This document shows positions 38,448 through 48,733 of a DNA stretch of 53,784 bases, one piece after another. The stretch is from Elusimicrobiales bacterium. Its GTDB lineage: Bacteria; Elusimicrobiota; Elusimicrobia; Elusimicrobiales; UBA9959. The translations under genes were made by a program, and so were the position numbers. The notes under the pieces are model-generated. The model did not search any database. It was not told where the DNA came from and saw only the letters and a program-made list of their open reading frames with translations. The stretch is from contig JBMFKQ010000006.1 in NCBI GenBank assembly GCA_049972095.1, positions 1-53,784 on the forward strand, in the 5' to 3' direction. Positions within the stretch are counted from its first letter, which is position 1, and every line of letters begins with the position of its first letter.

Positions 38448-39299
38448 CTATTTTTTTATATCATCAACACTAAATCTAAAAAGATAACCATCTTCATTTG
38501 ACACAAGAATGTCTTTATCATCAAGGAAGGTTATCCCCTCACACTGTCCAAGAGAAATATCCTTCTTGTAAAATCTTGAAAACACTGAATTTAAATTTTT
38601 AGCCTTGATATCAAAAAGCCATATTGAGGAATATGTTAAAACAGCAAGATATTTTTTGTTTGGTGAAACTGATGCATCGCTAACCATATTCATAAAATCA
38701 AACTCCACAATCTTTTTAGGTAGATTCAGTTTTCCTGGCACAAGAGTTTCAAAGCAATAAACTCCCGCACGGGTTGTGCTTCTTGTCTTTGTTATGAGGC
38801 AGAGCTTTGAGTTGAAAACAAATGCCGCCTCACAGTCAAAATTCATATTCTTTTCATCAGGAAAGCCCTTTTGATCCGGATATTCAAATGGATATTTTGC
38901 AATTATGCCATGTTCATTAGCAAGATAAGGATTTGGCTCCTTTATTCTATATATTGCAAGATCACGCCTATAGTTGTAGTTGTTTCCAGCATCTATTATA
39001 AGAATATCTCCATTATCATCATATGTCATTGCCTCCCAATCTGTATTGTGGGCATCATAAATCTTTATACCAGAATATTTTTTTACCCAATTAGGTTTTA
39101 CAATGCTGCCATCAGTTTTTATAGCAAATATCCTTGCAATATCCCCAGAATCATTTAGTGTCCATATAACATCATCATATATCTTGCTTTTCAAAAGTGC
39201 TGAGTTTTCATTTATCATATGAGTATCAGATATAACTGAATATGGTGTCATAGAAAACTCATATGCTTGAAGAAGAACTGAAAAAATAACAAGAAACAT
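38448..39299 (-). CDS. Exported beta-propeller-like hypothetical protein
   Basis: ENSAL, WTLNDSG, DWEAM, DAGNN, DCEA and QCEGI pattern. Confidence 0.6.
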   Translation of the reverse strand: MFLVIFSVLLQAYEFSMTPYSVISDTHMINENSALLKSKIYDDVIWTLNDSGDIARIFAIKTDGSIVKPNWVKKYSGIKIYDAHNTDWEAMTYDDNGDILIIDAGNNYNYRRDLAIYRIKEPNPYLANEHGIIAKYPFEYPDQKGFPDEKNMNFDCEAAFVFNSKLCLITKTRSTTRAGVYCFETLVPGKLNLPKKIVEFDFMNMVSDASVSPNKKYLAVLTYSSIWLFDIKAKNLNSVFSRFYKKDISLGQCEGITFLDDKDILVSNEDGYLFRFSVDDIKK

Positions 39300-39769
39300 T
39301 AAAGACCCTTTATCTTGGAAAGTATATTCCTGCCAAATCTTTCTCCATTAGAGTATATTATAAGAAAGACTTTTGATATTAGAAAAAGAACAACACCTGC
39401 AAAAAACATCTGGTAAATCCATATATAGTTTGATGAGATGAGTTTTGAAAATGCATTAACCCCACCCCAGTAAAGAAAAACAAATGAGATTATAAGCATT
39501 AGATATCTATGGATTTTACCTGCCTGAGGTATAAAATCAAAAATAGTCTCAACCATGGTTTCAACCCTCAACGCAAATTCACTAAGCAAAAATGATATAA
39601 TGCAAAAAGCCACAAATTCAATAAACTCATAAAGTGTGAAATTATCCTTTAAAAAACAAAGATCTGAAAAGAAAGGCAAAAGCTTTAAAAAATATAGCAA
39701 AATAACTATAAAAACAATAAGAACAGATGTTCTTATAACCTCAATTATATAACCCTCATATCTTGACAT
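39299..39769 (-). CDS. Hypothetical membrane protein
   Basis: About 4 hydrophobic helices; in an operon with pckA. Confidence 0.6.
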   Translation of the reverse strand: MSRYEGYIIEVIRTSVLIVFIVILLYFLKLLPFFSDLCFLKDNFTLYEFIEFVAFCIISFLLSEFALRVETMVETIFDFIPQAGKIHRYLMLIISFVFLYWGGVNAFSKLISSNYIWIYQMFFAGVVLFLISKVFLIIYSNGERFGRNILSKIKGL

Positions 39770-39779
39770 CTCAAACACC

Positions 39780-41321
39780 TTATTGTGTAATAGGTCCGCC
39801 CTTTATTATATCAGGATCATTTATACTAAATTTCTTAAAATTCTCAGCAAAGAGATGAGCAAGCTCTTTATATTTAGAATCATAATCAGCCTTATTTGCC
39901 CATGCTTCTCTTGGGTTTAAAAGCTTATGGTCAATACCATTAATCTGAGGTATATCAAAACCAAAAATCTCATCCTTTACAAATCCAACAGAACCATCAG
40001 TATAATTGAGAGCAAAATCCAACAACTGCCTTGTAAGTTTTATACCTATCCTCTTTCCAACACCATAACCCCCACCACAAAGACCTGTATTTATCAACCA
40101 GCAGTTAGTTTTATGTTTTATCATTCTTTCCTTTAACATATTTGCATAGACTAATGGATGATGAACCATAAATGGAGCACCAAAGCAACTGCTGAATGTT
40201 ACCTTTGGCTCTTTTATTCCCATTTCAGTATTTGCCACCTTTGCTGTATAACCCGAGATAAAGTGATACATCGCCTGATTAAATGAAAGCCTTGCAATAG
40301 GTGGAAGCACACCAAAAGCATCATATGCAAGAAAAATAATTGTTCGCGGATGAGCAAACCTCTCACCATAGACAGCATTCTCTATAAAATGAAGAGGATA
40401 ACCACACCTTGTATTTTCTGTAATTGAATCATCATCAAAAACAGGATTTCGTCTATCATCATAAACTACATTTTCAATAATAGCTCCAAATCTATTTACA
40501 GCAGAATATATCTGAGGCTCATTTTCCTTTGAAAGCCTTATAACCTTTGCATAACATCCAGCCTCAAAATTGAATATACCATCATCACCCCAGCCATGCT
40601 CATCGTCCCCTATAAGATTCCTTTTAGGATCAGATGCAAGGGTTGTTTTCCCTGTTCCTGAAAGTCCAAAAAACACAGCAGTTTCCCCATCCTCTGCTAC
40701 ATTTGCAGAGCAGTGCATTGGAAAAACATTTTTGAGTGGTAGAAGATAATTCATAACTGTAAATGCAGTTTTTTTTATCTCACCAGCATAAGCTGTACCA
40801 CCTATTATAGCAGTTTTGTGTTCAAAGCTTATTATTATAAATGTATCGGAGCGTGTGCCATCAATAGATGCATTAGCCTTAAAACCGGGCACAGATATTA
40901 TTGTAAAATCCTGTGAAAAATCTTTATCATATGAATCAAAAAATAGATATTTAACAAAAAGAGAATGCCATGCAAGCTCTGTTATAACCTTTGTTTTGAG
41001 CCGATACAATGGATGAGAACCTATATATGAGGTCCTTATATAATAATCCCTTTCTGAAAGATATTCCTTAACCTTGTCATAAAGCGACAAAAAAACACCT
41101 TCATCCAAACAAGCAGTATTCTGCCACCAGATATGGGAGGCTGATGGCTCTTTCTTAACTATAAATTTATCGTTTGCACTTCTTGCAGTGTGCTTTCCTG
41201 TTCTAACACAAAGAGCACCACTGCTTAGAAGAACCCCCTCACCTCTTTTCAAAGCATGCTCATAAAGTTCAGCCTCATTAAGATTAACAAAAATCCTTCC
41301 TTTTGTTGAAACAAAGCTCAT
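39780..41321 (-). CDS. pckA: Phosphoenolpyruvate carboxykinase (ATP)
   Basis: YAGEIKK, MHCSAN, FFGLSGTGKTTL and IGDDEHGW motifs. Confidence 0.96.
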   Translation of the reverse strand: MSFVSTKGRIFVNLNEAELYEHALKRGEGVLLSSGALCVRTGKHTARSANDKFIVKKEPSASHIWWQNTACLDEGVFLSLYDKVKEYLSERDYYIRTSYIGSHPLYRLKTKVITELAWHSLFVKYLFFDSYDKDFSQDFTIISVPGFKANASIDGTRSDTFIIISFEHKTAIIGGTAYAGEIKKTAFTVMNYLLPLKNVFPMHCSANVAEDGETAVFFGLSGTGKTTLASDPKRNLIGDDEHGWGDDGIFNFEAGCYAKVIRLSKENEPQIYSAVNRFGAIIENVVYDDRRNPVFDDDSITENTRCGYPLHFIENAVYGERFAHPRTIIFLAYDAFGVLPPIARLSFNQAMYHFISGYTAKVANTEMGIKEPKVTFSSCFGAPFMVHHPLVYANMLKERMIKHKTNCWLINTGLCGGGYGVGKRIGIKLTRQLLDFALNYTDGSVGFVKDEIFGFDIPQINGIDHKLLNPREAWANKADYDSKYKELAHLFAENFKKFSINDPDIIKGGPITQ

Positions 41322-41433
41322 CTTCTACACCACTTAAAGTTTTTTAGTAAACATTCCTTCGCTTAGTACATCAAACTCAGGTTTAGTACTAAGACCATCC
41401 TTGACAACAGGCATAATAACCTTCAAGGGCTCA

Positions 41434-41505
41434 AGGCGCGGGTCGGATTCGAACCGACGTATAGCGGTTTTGCAGACCGCGGCCTTACCACTTGGCTACC
41501 GCGCC
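41434..41505 (-). tRNA. tRNA-Cys (GCA); CCA not encoded
   Basis: GGCGCGGTAGCCAAGTGGTAAGGCCGCGGTCTGCAAAACCGCTATACGTCGGTTCGAATCCGACCCGCGCCT, with U discriminator. Confidence 0.95.
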
Positions 41506-41588
41506 ATCAAGATTATTTTACATAAAATTATTTAATCCCTTCAAGAAAATCTAAAAAAATTATAAAATCTAATTCAAAAGGAAAAATT

Positions 41589-42662
41589 ATGGAAATAGGA
41601 ATTGTTGGACTTCCAAATGTTGGTAAATCAACTCTTTTCAATGCAATAACTGATGCTGGTGCTCAAAGCTCAAACTATCCATTTACAACAATAGAGCCAA
41701 ATGTTGGTGTTGTCCCTGTGCCTGATAACCGCCTTGATGCGCTATTTGATATATTCAAACCAGATAAGAAAACACCAGCATTTATAAAATTCGTTGATAT
41801 AGCAGGTCTTGTTAAAGGCTCATCAAAGGGAGAAGGGCTTGGAAATAAGTTTCTTGCAAATATAAGAGAGGTTGATGCGATAGTTCATGTTATTAGATGT
41901 TTTAAGGCAGAAGATGTTGCTCATGTTATGGGTGATGTGGATCCTATTAGGGATATTGAGGTTATAGAGCTTGAGCTTGTGCTTGCAGATCTTGAAAGTG
42001 TTACAAAAATGATTGAAAAAAACATAACTGCTGCAAGAAGTGGGAACAAAGAAGCAAGATCAAGGGTTGAAAGGCTTGAGATAATCAAAAAAAAACTTTC
42101 TGATGGAATGCCTGCCTCCCAGTCAGGAATTAAAAGCGAAGATATGAAAGAATTTAACCTTTTAACCTCAAAGCCAATGATATATCTTGCCAATACTGAT
42201 GAAAATCCTGATAAGAACTTAGTTAAAAAGCTCATAGATTATGCCTCTAAAAAAGGGATTGATGTCGTTGAGGTATCTGCAAAGATTGAATCAGAGATAA
42301 TAAAACTTTCAGAAAGCGAGAGAAAGGAGTTTTTAAAATCAATGGGAGTGGAGTATTCAGGACTTGAGAAACTTACAATTTCAGCTATGAAGCTTCTTGA
42401 TCTAATAACTTTTTTTACTGTTTGTTCAAGCAAAGAGGTAAGGGCATGGAATATAAAAAGAGGCACAAAAGCACCTCAGGCAGCAGGTAAAATACATTCA
42501 GATTTTGAAAAGGGTTTTATAAAAGCAGAGGTTTATTCCTTTGATGACATTATAAAATACAAAGATGAAAAAATCCTTAGAGAAAGGGGACTTATAAGGG
42601 TTGAAGGGAAGGACTACGAGGTTAGAGATGGGGATATTTGTTTCTTTAGGTTCAACATCTAA
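41589..42662 (+). CDS. ychF: Redox-regulated ATPase YchF
   Basis: GLPNVGKST, DIAGLVKG, AGKIHSDF and EGKDY motifs. Confidence 0.96.
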   Translation: MEIGIVGLPNVGKSTLFNAITDAGAQSSNYPFTTIEPNVGVVPVPDNRLDALFDIFKPDKKTPAFIKFVDIAGLVKGSSKGEGLGNKFLANIREVDAIVHVIRCFKAEDVAHVMGDVDPIRDIEVIELELVLADLESVTKMIEKNITAARSGNKEARSRVERLEIIKKKLSDGMPASQSGIKSEDMKEFNLLTSKPMIYLANTDENPDKNLVKKLIDYASKKGIDVVEVSAKIESEIIKLSESERKEFLKSMGVEYSGLEKLTISAMKLLDLITFFTVCSSKEVRAWNIKRGTKAPQAAGKIHSDFEKGFIKAEVYSFDDIIKYKDEKILRERGLIRVEGKDYEVRDGDICFFRFNI

Positions 42663-43404
42663 AAAAATTAAAAAGGACCTTTTTTAACTCCTCATCAGTT
42701 TTCACGCAGATTGAGCTTGGATAGGTAATCTTTCTATCAGTTATAAACACAACAGGAAATTTTATCTTTTCAGACTCAAAAGAAAACCTTGATATGTCAG
42801 TGCCAAAAAAACTATCTATAGCTGAACCACAAATCATAACCTTTGCCTTTGATTTTATCATTCTTTCAATATCTTGAAGAGGCTTTTGAGATGGTTTTTT
42901 AACAACAGCTCCTTTTAAGTCCACATCATCACCTATAAAAAAAAGTGAAACAAAACCAAAACCAACAGTGTATATATAGATCTTCCCCATATCCTTAACA
43001 TTCTTTAAAAAGCTATAAGCAGCTTCAATATCTCTATGCTCATCAAAACCAAATCTATATCTTCCTTTAGATGTTCCAACACCTCTTGGGTCAAGATATA
43101 GAAGATTGAATTCTTCTAGTAAAAATATAGTTTGTTCAAGAAGATCAGATTTTGTGTTGAATGCATCTCCTATTATTATAAAGGCTAAGTTGCTTGGCTT
43201 TCGGCTTTCAATAAACCACCCAGATATCTCCACACCATCAGATGTATCAAGAAAGACAGTTTCATAAGGAAGTCTTAAATCCTCAGGTGTTTTGGTAAAA
43301 CCTCTTTTTGGATTTGAAAGAAAGTTTATAATAGAATTTTTACAGCTTTGATATAAAAGATACCAGATAACCAAAGCTGTAGCAAGAATATATATAATAG
43401 TCAT
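42652..43404 (-). CDS. Alpha/beta-hydrolase-like membrane-anchored protein with degenerate active site
   Basis: TPED...T-SDG-EISGWFI, DPRGVGTSKG and DIEAA patterns; no GxSxG. Confidence 0.6.
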   Translation of the reverse strand: MTIIYILATALVIWYLLYQSCKNSIINFLSNPKRGFTKTPEDLRLPYETVFLDTSDGVEISGWFIESRKPSNLAFIIIGDAFNTKSDLLEQTIFLLEEFNLLYLDPRGVGTSKGRYRFGFDEHRDIEAAYSFLKNVKDMGKIYIYTVGFGFVSLFFIGDDVDLKGAVVKKPSQKPLQDIERMIKSKAKVMICGSAIDSFFGTDISRFSFESEKIKFPVVFITDRKITYPSSICVKTDEELKKVLFNFFRC

Positions 43405-44564
43405 TTCCACTTGATCGCTGCAAGCCTTTCACAGGCAATAGAAATTTTTGTATCGTTTTCTGTTGTGGATATTCTTAACCATCCCTTTCCAAGCTTTCCG
43501 AAACCATCACCTGGAGCAAGGAGAACACCTGTTTTTTTAAGTATAAAATCACATGCCTCAAGTGAGTTTACATCAATAGGTGGTTTTGTCCATATAAAAC
43601 AAGTTCCATGTGGTTTAAAAACCCTCCAACCACTAGATAAAAGTTTTTCTTCAAACATCAAAGCCCTTTTTCTAAATCTTTCCCTTATAGCAGGCACTAT
43701 AATTTCATGATTTTCAATAGCATACGCACAAGCATTTTGAATAGCATTAAATTGACCTGAATCAATATTTTCTTTAACAGTGTTTAAAGCTGCAACAACC
43801 TTTGAATTCCCACATATCCAGCCAATCCTCCACCCAGCCATAGAGTATGTTTTTGAAACTGAATAAAACTCAACAGCAATATCCTTTGCCCCATCTATTT
43901 CAAATATGGAATGAGTCGGTTTATTGAAGTATATCTCTGAATATGCACAGTCAAGTGCAAGAAAAATTTCATTCCTCTTTGCCCATCTAACAAGCTCTTT
44001 CATATAACTGAAATCCATTGAAGCAGTTGTTGGATTGTTTGGATAGTTGAGGAAAAAAAGCCTTGCCTTAGAAACAACAGATTTTGGAATTGAACCAAGA
44101 TCAGGAAGAAACGAGTTTTTTTCCAAAAGAGCAACATAATATATCCTGCCTTTAACCATCCACACCCCTGTTTTGTATGTCGGATATGTCGGATCACATA
44201 TAAGGCATATATCTCCTTCATTCATAAGAACAAGAGGAAGGTGAGCTATTCCCTCCTTTGAACCTATCAAAATTGAAACCTCATCATAAGGATGAAATCT
44301 TACTCCATGCCTTTTAATATGCCAGTTTGTAATTGTATGTCTTAGATAATCATTGCCTTTAGTATTTGGATACCTATGATTTTCAGGTTTCTTAATCTCA
44401 TCAATGGCTCTTTCCAAGACAACATAATGAGTAGGTATATCAGGATCACCCACAGCAAGATTTATGACATCCTTGCCCTTTTCTCTTTCAGCTTTTGCTT
44501 TTCTGTAAAGCTCCTCAAAGAAATAGGGTTTAAATTTTCTCATAAAGTTTGAAAGTTTAACCAT
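43401..44564 (-). CDS. Class I/II PLP aminotransferase, probable LL-diaminopimelate aminotransferase
   Basis: GSKEG, NYPNNPT, DCAYSE and SKTYSMAGWRIG motifs; directly after dapB. Confidence 0.8.
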   Translation of the reverse strand: MVKLSNFMRKFKPYFFEELYRKAKAEREKGKDVINLAVGDPDIPTHYVVLERAIDEIKKPENHRYPNTKGNDYLRHTITNWHIKRHGVRFHPYDEVSILIGSKEGIAHLPLVLMNEGDICLICDPTYPTYKTGVWMVKGRIYYVALLEKNSFLPDLGSIPKSVVSKARLFFLNYPNNPTTASMDFSYMKELVRWAKRNEIFLALDCAYSEIYFNKPTHSIFEIDGAKDIAVEFYSVSKTYSMAGWRIGWICGNSKVVAALNTVKENIDSGQFNAIQNACAYAIENHEIIVPAIRERFRKRALMFEEKLLSSGWRVFKPHGTCFIWTKPPIDVNSLEACDFILKKTGVLLAPGDGFGKLGKGWLRISTTENDTKISIACERLAAIKWK

Positions 44565-44572
44565 ATCCCCTC

Positions 44573-45241
44573 TTAAAAACCTAAAAAATCAGCAAAAGTG
44601 TAAAAGCCTTTTTCCTTGCTGTATATCCATTTAGCACACTCAATAGCACCCCTTGCAAATATCTCCCTTGTAAGTGCCATATGAGATAAGGTGATCCTTT
44701 CTCCCTCCATAACAAACGAAATCTCATGCTCACCAATAACATCTCCAGCCCTAATAGCAGCAATATCAACACAAAGAGCGTTTTTCTCTATTATCTGCTT
44801 GAATTTAAGTGCTGTGCCACTTGGTTTATCCTTTTTCATTTTGTGATGAACCTCTTTTATAAAAACATCACACTTAATTCTTTTTGATATCTGATCAACA
44901 ATATAAAAACATATATTAACACCGATGCTCATATTTGGTGAATATAAAACAGCAATTTTTTTAGATGCCTCTTCAATAAGTTTAAGCTCTTCCTCACTAA
45001 TCCCTGTTGTCCCACTAACAAATGGTTTTGAAAAATCAACAGCATGTCTTAGTGAGTCTTTAAAACCACTAAGAGTTGAAAAATCAACCACACAATCAAA
45101 ATCCTTTACATCACATATCTTATAAACACCCTCTCCTTTAATATCTACAGGGATTATTTCAATATCATAGTATGACTTTCTAACAACATCAATTATAGTT
45201 TTTCCCATTCTTCCAGAGGCACCATTTAAAAGGATCTTCAT
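44573..45241 (-). CDS. dapB: 4-hydroxy-tetrahydrodipicolinate reductase
   Basis: GASGRMG, GTTG, PNMSIG and EVHHKMKKDKPSGTA motifs. Confidence 0.94.
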   Translation of the reverse strand: MKILLNGASGRMGKTIIDVVRKSYYDIEIIPVDIKGEGVYKICDVKDFDCVVDFSTLSGFKDSLRHAVDFSKPFVSGTTGISEEELKLIEEASKKIAVLYSPNMSIGVNICFYIVDQISKRIKCDVFIKEVHHKMKKDKPSGTALKFKQIIEKNALCVDIAAIRAGDVIGEHEISFVMEGERITLSHMALTREIFARGAIECAKWIYSKEKGFYTFADFLGF

Positions 45242-45252
45242 AAAGAAACTCC

Positions 45253-46194
45253 TTATATTCTATAATATTCACTCGTTATTTTAGCAATCTTTGAAATAAA
45301 ATTTTTACCACTTGAGTATGTTGTTACATCATCAAGTAGAACAACAAGTATATAGTCACCCGAAGGGGAAAAAACTATTGCTGCATCACTACAGCTTTTT
45401 CTCAAAAGTCCCGTCTTATGTCCAACCTCCCATGTTGATGGGACACCTCTTCTTATCCTTGATCTCTCCTTACTTCTTTTAAGTATATCCATCATAAGAT
45501 AACTTTTCTCTTTTGATATCATCTCACCACGGTATATCCTTTCCAGAAGATATGCCATCTCCCTTGGTGTTGTAAAATTTTCTTTAGCAACCCTTCCGGA
45601 TGTAAGGTCCATACCCTCAATAGTTATGTTAGTATAACATAAACCCATTCTTCTAAATGCTGTTGCTAAATATTCTATTCCAAAATAATCTACTAAAAGG
45701 CGTGCTGCTGTGTTATCACTCTCAGCTATCATCCTGTATACCACATCAAAAAGTGTTATTCTTGTGCCATCCCTTGCCCATTTTAAAGAGCCAGAACCAG
45801 CAATCTTCTCTTTGTCAGTTATAACAAGCTGTGTATCAAAAGATACATCACCCTTTTCTACCTTGTCAAACACAGCAATCATTATAGGAAGTTTTATAAG
45901 GCTTGCTGAAAGAAAAAGCCTATCAGCATTATACTCCCAGAACATAGAAGTGGAAAGATCCTTGAGATAAACACCGACATGCCCCCTATATGAATCACAT
46001 ATATATCTGAGCCTTGATGTGAGCTGTTGCCATCTATCATACGTAATCTTTTCTTTAAGTTGATTCTGGGATGTGTGGGAGTAAGTTGATAATGAAACAG
46101 AATCAGATATCTCGCCGGCACTTCGGTAAAAGAAAAACATTGCTGCTGCAATACTTAGGAGAAGTAAGATAAGTGAAAATCTCCTTAGCCACAT
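45253..46194 (-). CDS. Serine hydrolase of class A beta-lactamase/PBP fold
   Basis: SLIK (SxxK), SDN and HKTG motifs; N-terminal anchor. Confidence 0.82.
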   Translation of the reverse strand: MWLRRFSLILLLLSIAAAMFFFYRSAGEISDSVSLSTYSHTSQNQLKEKITYDRWQQLTSRLRYICDSYRGHVGVYLKDLSTSMFWEYNADRLFLSASLIKLPIMIAVFDKVEKGDVSFDTQLVITDKEKIAGSGSLKWARDGTRITLFDVVYRMIAESDNTAARLLVDYFGIEYLATAFRRMGLCYTNITIEGMDLTSGRVAKENFTTPREMAYLLERIYRGEMISKEKSYLMMDILKRSKERSRIRRGVPSTWEVGHKTGLLRKSCSDAAIVFSPSGDYILVVLLDDVTTYSSGKNFISKIAKITSEYYRI

Positions 46195-46200
46195 GCAGTT

Positions 46201-48720
46201 TTAAGAGGTAACCTTCATCTCAAGTGTTTCTTTGCCAGTGTAATCTATTACTATCTCAGAACCATCCTTAACCTTGTTTACAAGCATAAATTCTGAAAGC
46301 GGGTCCTCCATATACCTTTGTATCGTTCTTAAAAGCGGTCTTGCACCATAGTTAGGGTCAAACCCTTTTTCAACAATAAAATCCTTTGCAGCATCGCTCA
46401 TCGTCAGCTTTATCCTTCTATCCTCAACCTTTTTTTGAACCTTTTTAAAATTTATCTCAAATATCTTATACATATCCTCTTTTGTAAGGGATCTGAAGAC
46501 GATTATCTCATCTATTCTGTTGATAAACTCTGGATTAAAAACCCTTTTCACCTCCTCCATAACCGTATCCTTCATCTCTTTGTAATCTCTTTCTTTATCC
46601 TCCTGAGGAACAAAACCAAGAGTTTTTCCTTTGGTTATAAGTCTTGCCCCTATGTTTGATGTCATTATGATTATTGTGTTTTTAAAGCTAACCCTATGAC
46701 CAAGGCTATCTGTAAGAACCCCCTCATCCATAACCTGAAGAAGTATGTTGTAGACATCAGGATGAGCCTTTTCAATCTCATCAAGCACAACAACCGAATA
46801 AGGTTTTCTCCTAACAGCCTCAGTAAGCTTACCACCCTCCTCATAACCAACATAACCTGGAGGTGCTCCAATAAGCCTTGATACAGCAAATTTTTCCATA
46901 TACTCAGACATATCTATTCTTATCATCGCATCCTCGTTGCCAAAGAGATATTCAGCAACAGCTCTTGCAAGCTCAGTTTTTCCAACACCAGTTGGTCCAA
47001 GAAATAAGAAGTTTCCTATTGGCTTTTTTGGATCCTTCATACCTGTTCTTGATCTCTTTATTGCTTTTGATATCATTTTCACAGCCTCATCCTGACCGAC
47101 TATTCTTTTATGGAGCTCTTCTTCCATATGAAGAAGCTTTTCTGCCTCTGATTGAGTGAGCCTTGTAACTGGAATGCCTGTCCACTTAGATGCAATTATA
47201 GCTACATCCTCCTCTGTCACTACCGGCCTTTTTTTCTCAACCTCTAATTTCCAGTTTCTCTTCATCTCTTCAATCTCTCTCTTAAGCTGTTTTCTCCTCT
47301 CAACAAACTCTGCTTTTTTATCTAAATCACCTCTCTCCTCTGCTTCCTTTTCCAAATAAATAATTCTTTCTAACTCCTTTTCTTTTTCTTTAAACTCAGG
47401 CGGATAAACAGAGAGCCTTAACCTCGCACTTGAACCTGCTTCATCCATAAGATCTATTGCTTTATCAGGAAGAGCTCTGTCAGTTATATATCTATCTGAA
47501 AGAATAACAGCAGACCTTATTGCCTCATCTGTATATCTACAGCCATGATGCGATTCGTATTTCTCTTTCAGACCCATAAGAATTTTTATTGCTTGTTCAA
47601 CAGATGGTGGATCTATACTTATAGGCTGGAATCTCCTCTCCAGTGCCGGATCATGCTCTATATGTTTTCTGTATTCATCAAAGGTTGTTGCACCTATACA
47701 CTGAAGCTCTCCTCTTGCAAGTGCAGGTTTAAGTATGTTTGCAGCATCTATAGCACCCTCGGCTGCACCTGCCCCAACAACGGTATGAAGCTCGTCAATG
47801 AAGATTATTATTGAATTTTTTGCTCTTCTTATTTCCTCTATTATGGTCTTTAACCTCTGTTCAAACTCTCCCCTATATTTTGTCCCGGCAACAATTGAAG
47901 CAAGATCGAGGCTAACTAATCTTTTCCCCAAAAGTGTTTGAGGCACCTCACCGGCAACTATCCTCTGAGCAAGCCCTTCAACAATAGCAGTTTTACCAAC
48001 ACCAGGCTCTCCAACAAGCACAGGATTGTTTTTTGTCCTTCTACCGAGAACCTGTATAACCCTCTCCATCTCATTCTCTCTTCCTATAACCGGATCAAGC
48101 TGTCCATTCTTTGCAAGTTCTGTAAGGTCCCTTCCAAACTCATCAAGGGTTTGTGTTTTAATTCTTGATGGTCTGTAGTGATGCTTTGTGTACTCTCTAT
48201 CTCTATAGCTTGGTCTTTGAGATCTCTCCTCCTCAAATTCTTCTTCCTCATCAGATTCTTCCTCACCAGTTGATAAAAGCCCTCCTTCCGCAAGTATTTT
48301 TGATATCTCCTGTTTTAAATTTGAATACTTAACACCCATGTGGCTGAGTATTCTTGCTCCTATACCCTCCTCTTCTCTAACAAGCGCAAGGAGTATGTGT
48401 TCACTTCCGATATAGTTATGCCCAAATTTTCTTGCTTCATCAACAGCATACTCTATTATCTTTTTTACCTGACTGCTTAATGGTATCTCACCAAGAAGCA
48501 TCATTGACTGTCCAACACCTATAGCATCCTCAATTGTTATTCTAAGCCTTCTCAAATCAACATTCAAACTTTTAAGGGCTAGGGCTGCAACAGAATCCTC
48601 AACATCAGTTATAGCAAGCAGTATATGCTCACTGCCAAGATAATCATGATTCAATCTCTTTGCATGCTCTTGTGCTATCATAAAAATCTTTTGAAAATTA
48701 GGGCTAAATCTCTCATTCAT
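46201..48720 (-). CDS. clpC: Clp protease ATP-binding subunit ClpC
   Basis: Clp N repeats, two AAA modules ([16 protein letters not shown]), short middle domain and LGF ClpP-binding loop. Confidence 0.92.
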   Translation of the reverse strand: MNERFSPNFQKIFMIAQEHAKRLNHDYLGSEHILLAITDVEDSVAALALKSLNVDLRRLRITIEDAIGVGQSMMLLGEIPLSSQVKKIIEYAVDEARKFGHNYIGSEHILLALVREEEGIGARILSHMGVKYSNLKQEISKILAEGGLLSTGEEESDEEEEFEEERSQRPSYRDREYTKHHYRPSRIKTQTLDEFGRDLTELAKNGQLDPVIGRENEMERVIQVLGRRTKNNPVLVGEPGVGKTAIVEGLAQRIVAGEVPQTLLGKRLVSLDLASIVAGTKYRGEFEQRLKTIIEEIRRAKNSIIIFIDELHTVVGAGAAEGAIDAANILKPALARGELQCIGATTFDEYRKHIEHDPALERRFQPISIDPPSVEQAIKILMGLKEKYESHHGCRYTDEAIRSAVILSDRYITDRALPDKAIDLMDEAGSSARLRLSVYPPEFKEKEKELERIIYLEKEAEERGDLDKKAEFVERRKQLKREIEEMKRNWKLEVEKKRPVVTEEDVAIIASKWTGIPVTRLTQSEAEKLLHMEEELHKRIVGQDEAVKMISKAIKRSRTGMKDPKKPIGNFLFLGPTGVGKTELARAVAEYLFGNEDAMIRIDMSEYMEKFAVSRLIGAPPGYVGYEEGGKLTEAVRRKPYSVVVLDEIEKAHPDVYNILLQVMDEGVLTDSLGHRVSFKNTIIIMTSNIGARLITKGKTLGFVPQEDKERDYKEMKDTVMEEVKRVFNPEFINRIDEIIVFRSLTKEDMYKIFEINFKKVQKKVEDRRIKLTMSDAAKDFIVEKGFDPNYGARPLLRTIQRYMEDPLSEFMLVNKVKDGSEIVIDYTGKETLEMKVTS

Positions 48721-48733
48721 TTAGCACCTCCAT

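Noticed and set aside
41334..41414. Possible 26-aa ORF (MPVVKDGLS...) between tRNA-Cys and pckA
   Set aside because: No recognisable motif and only a weak SD; cannot be supported.
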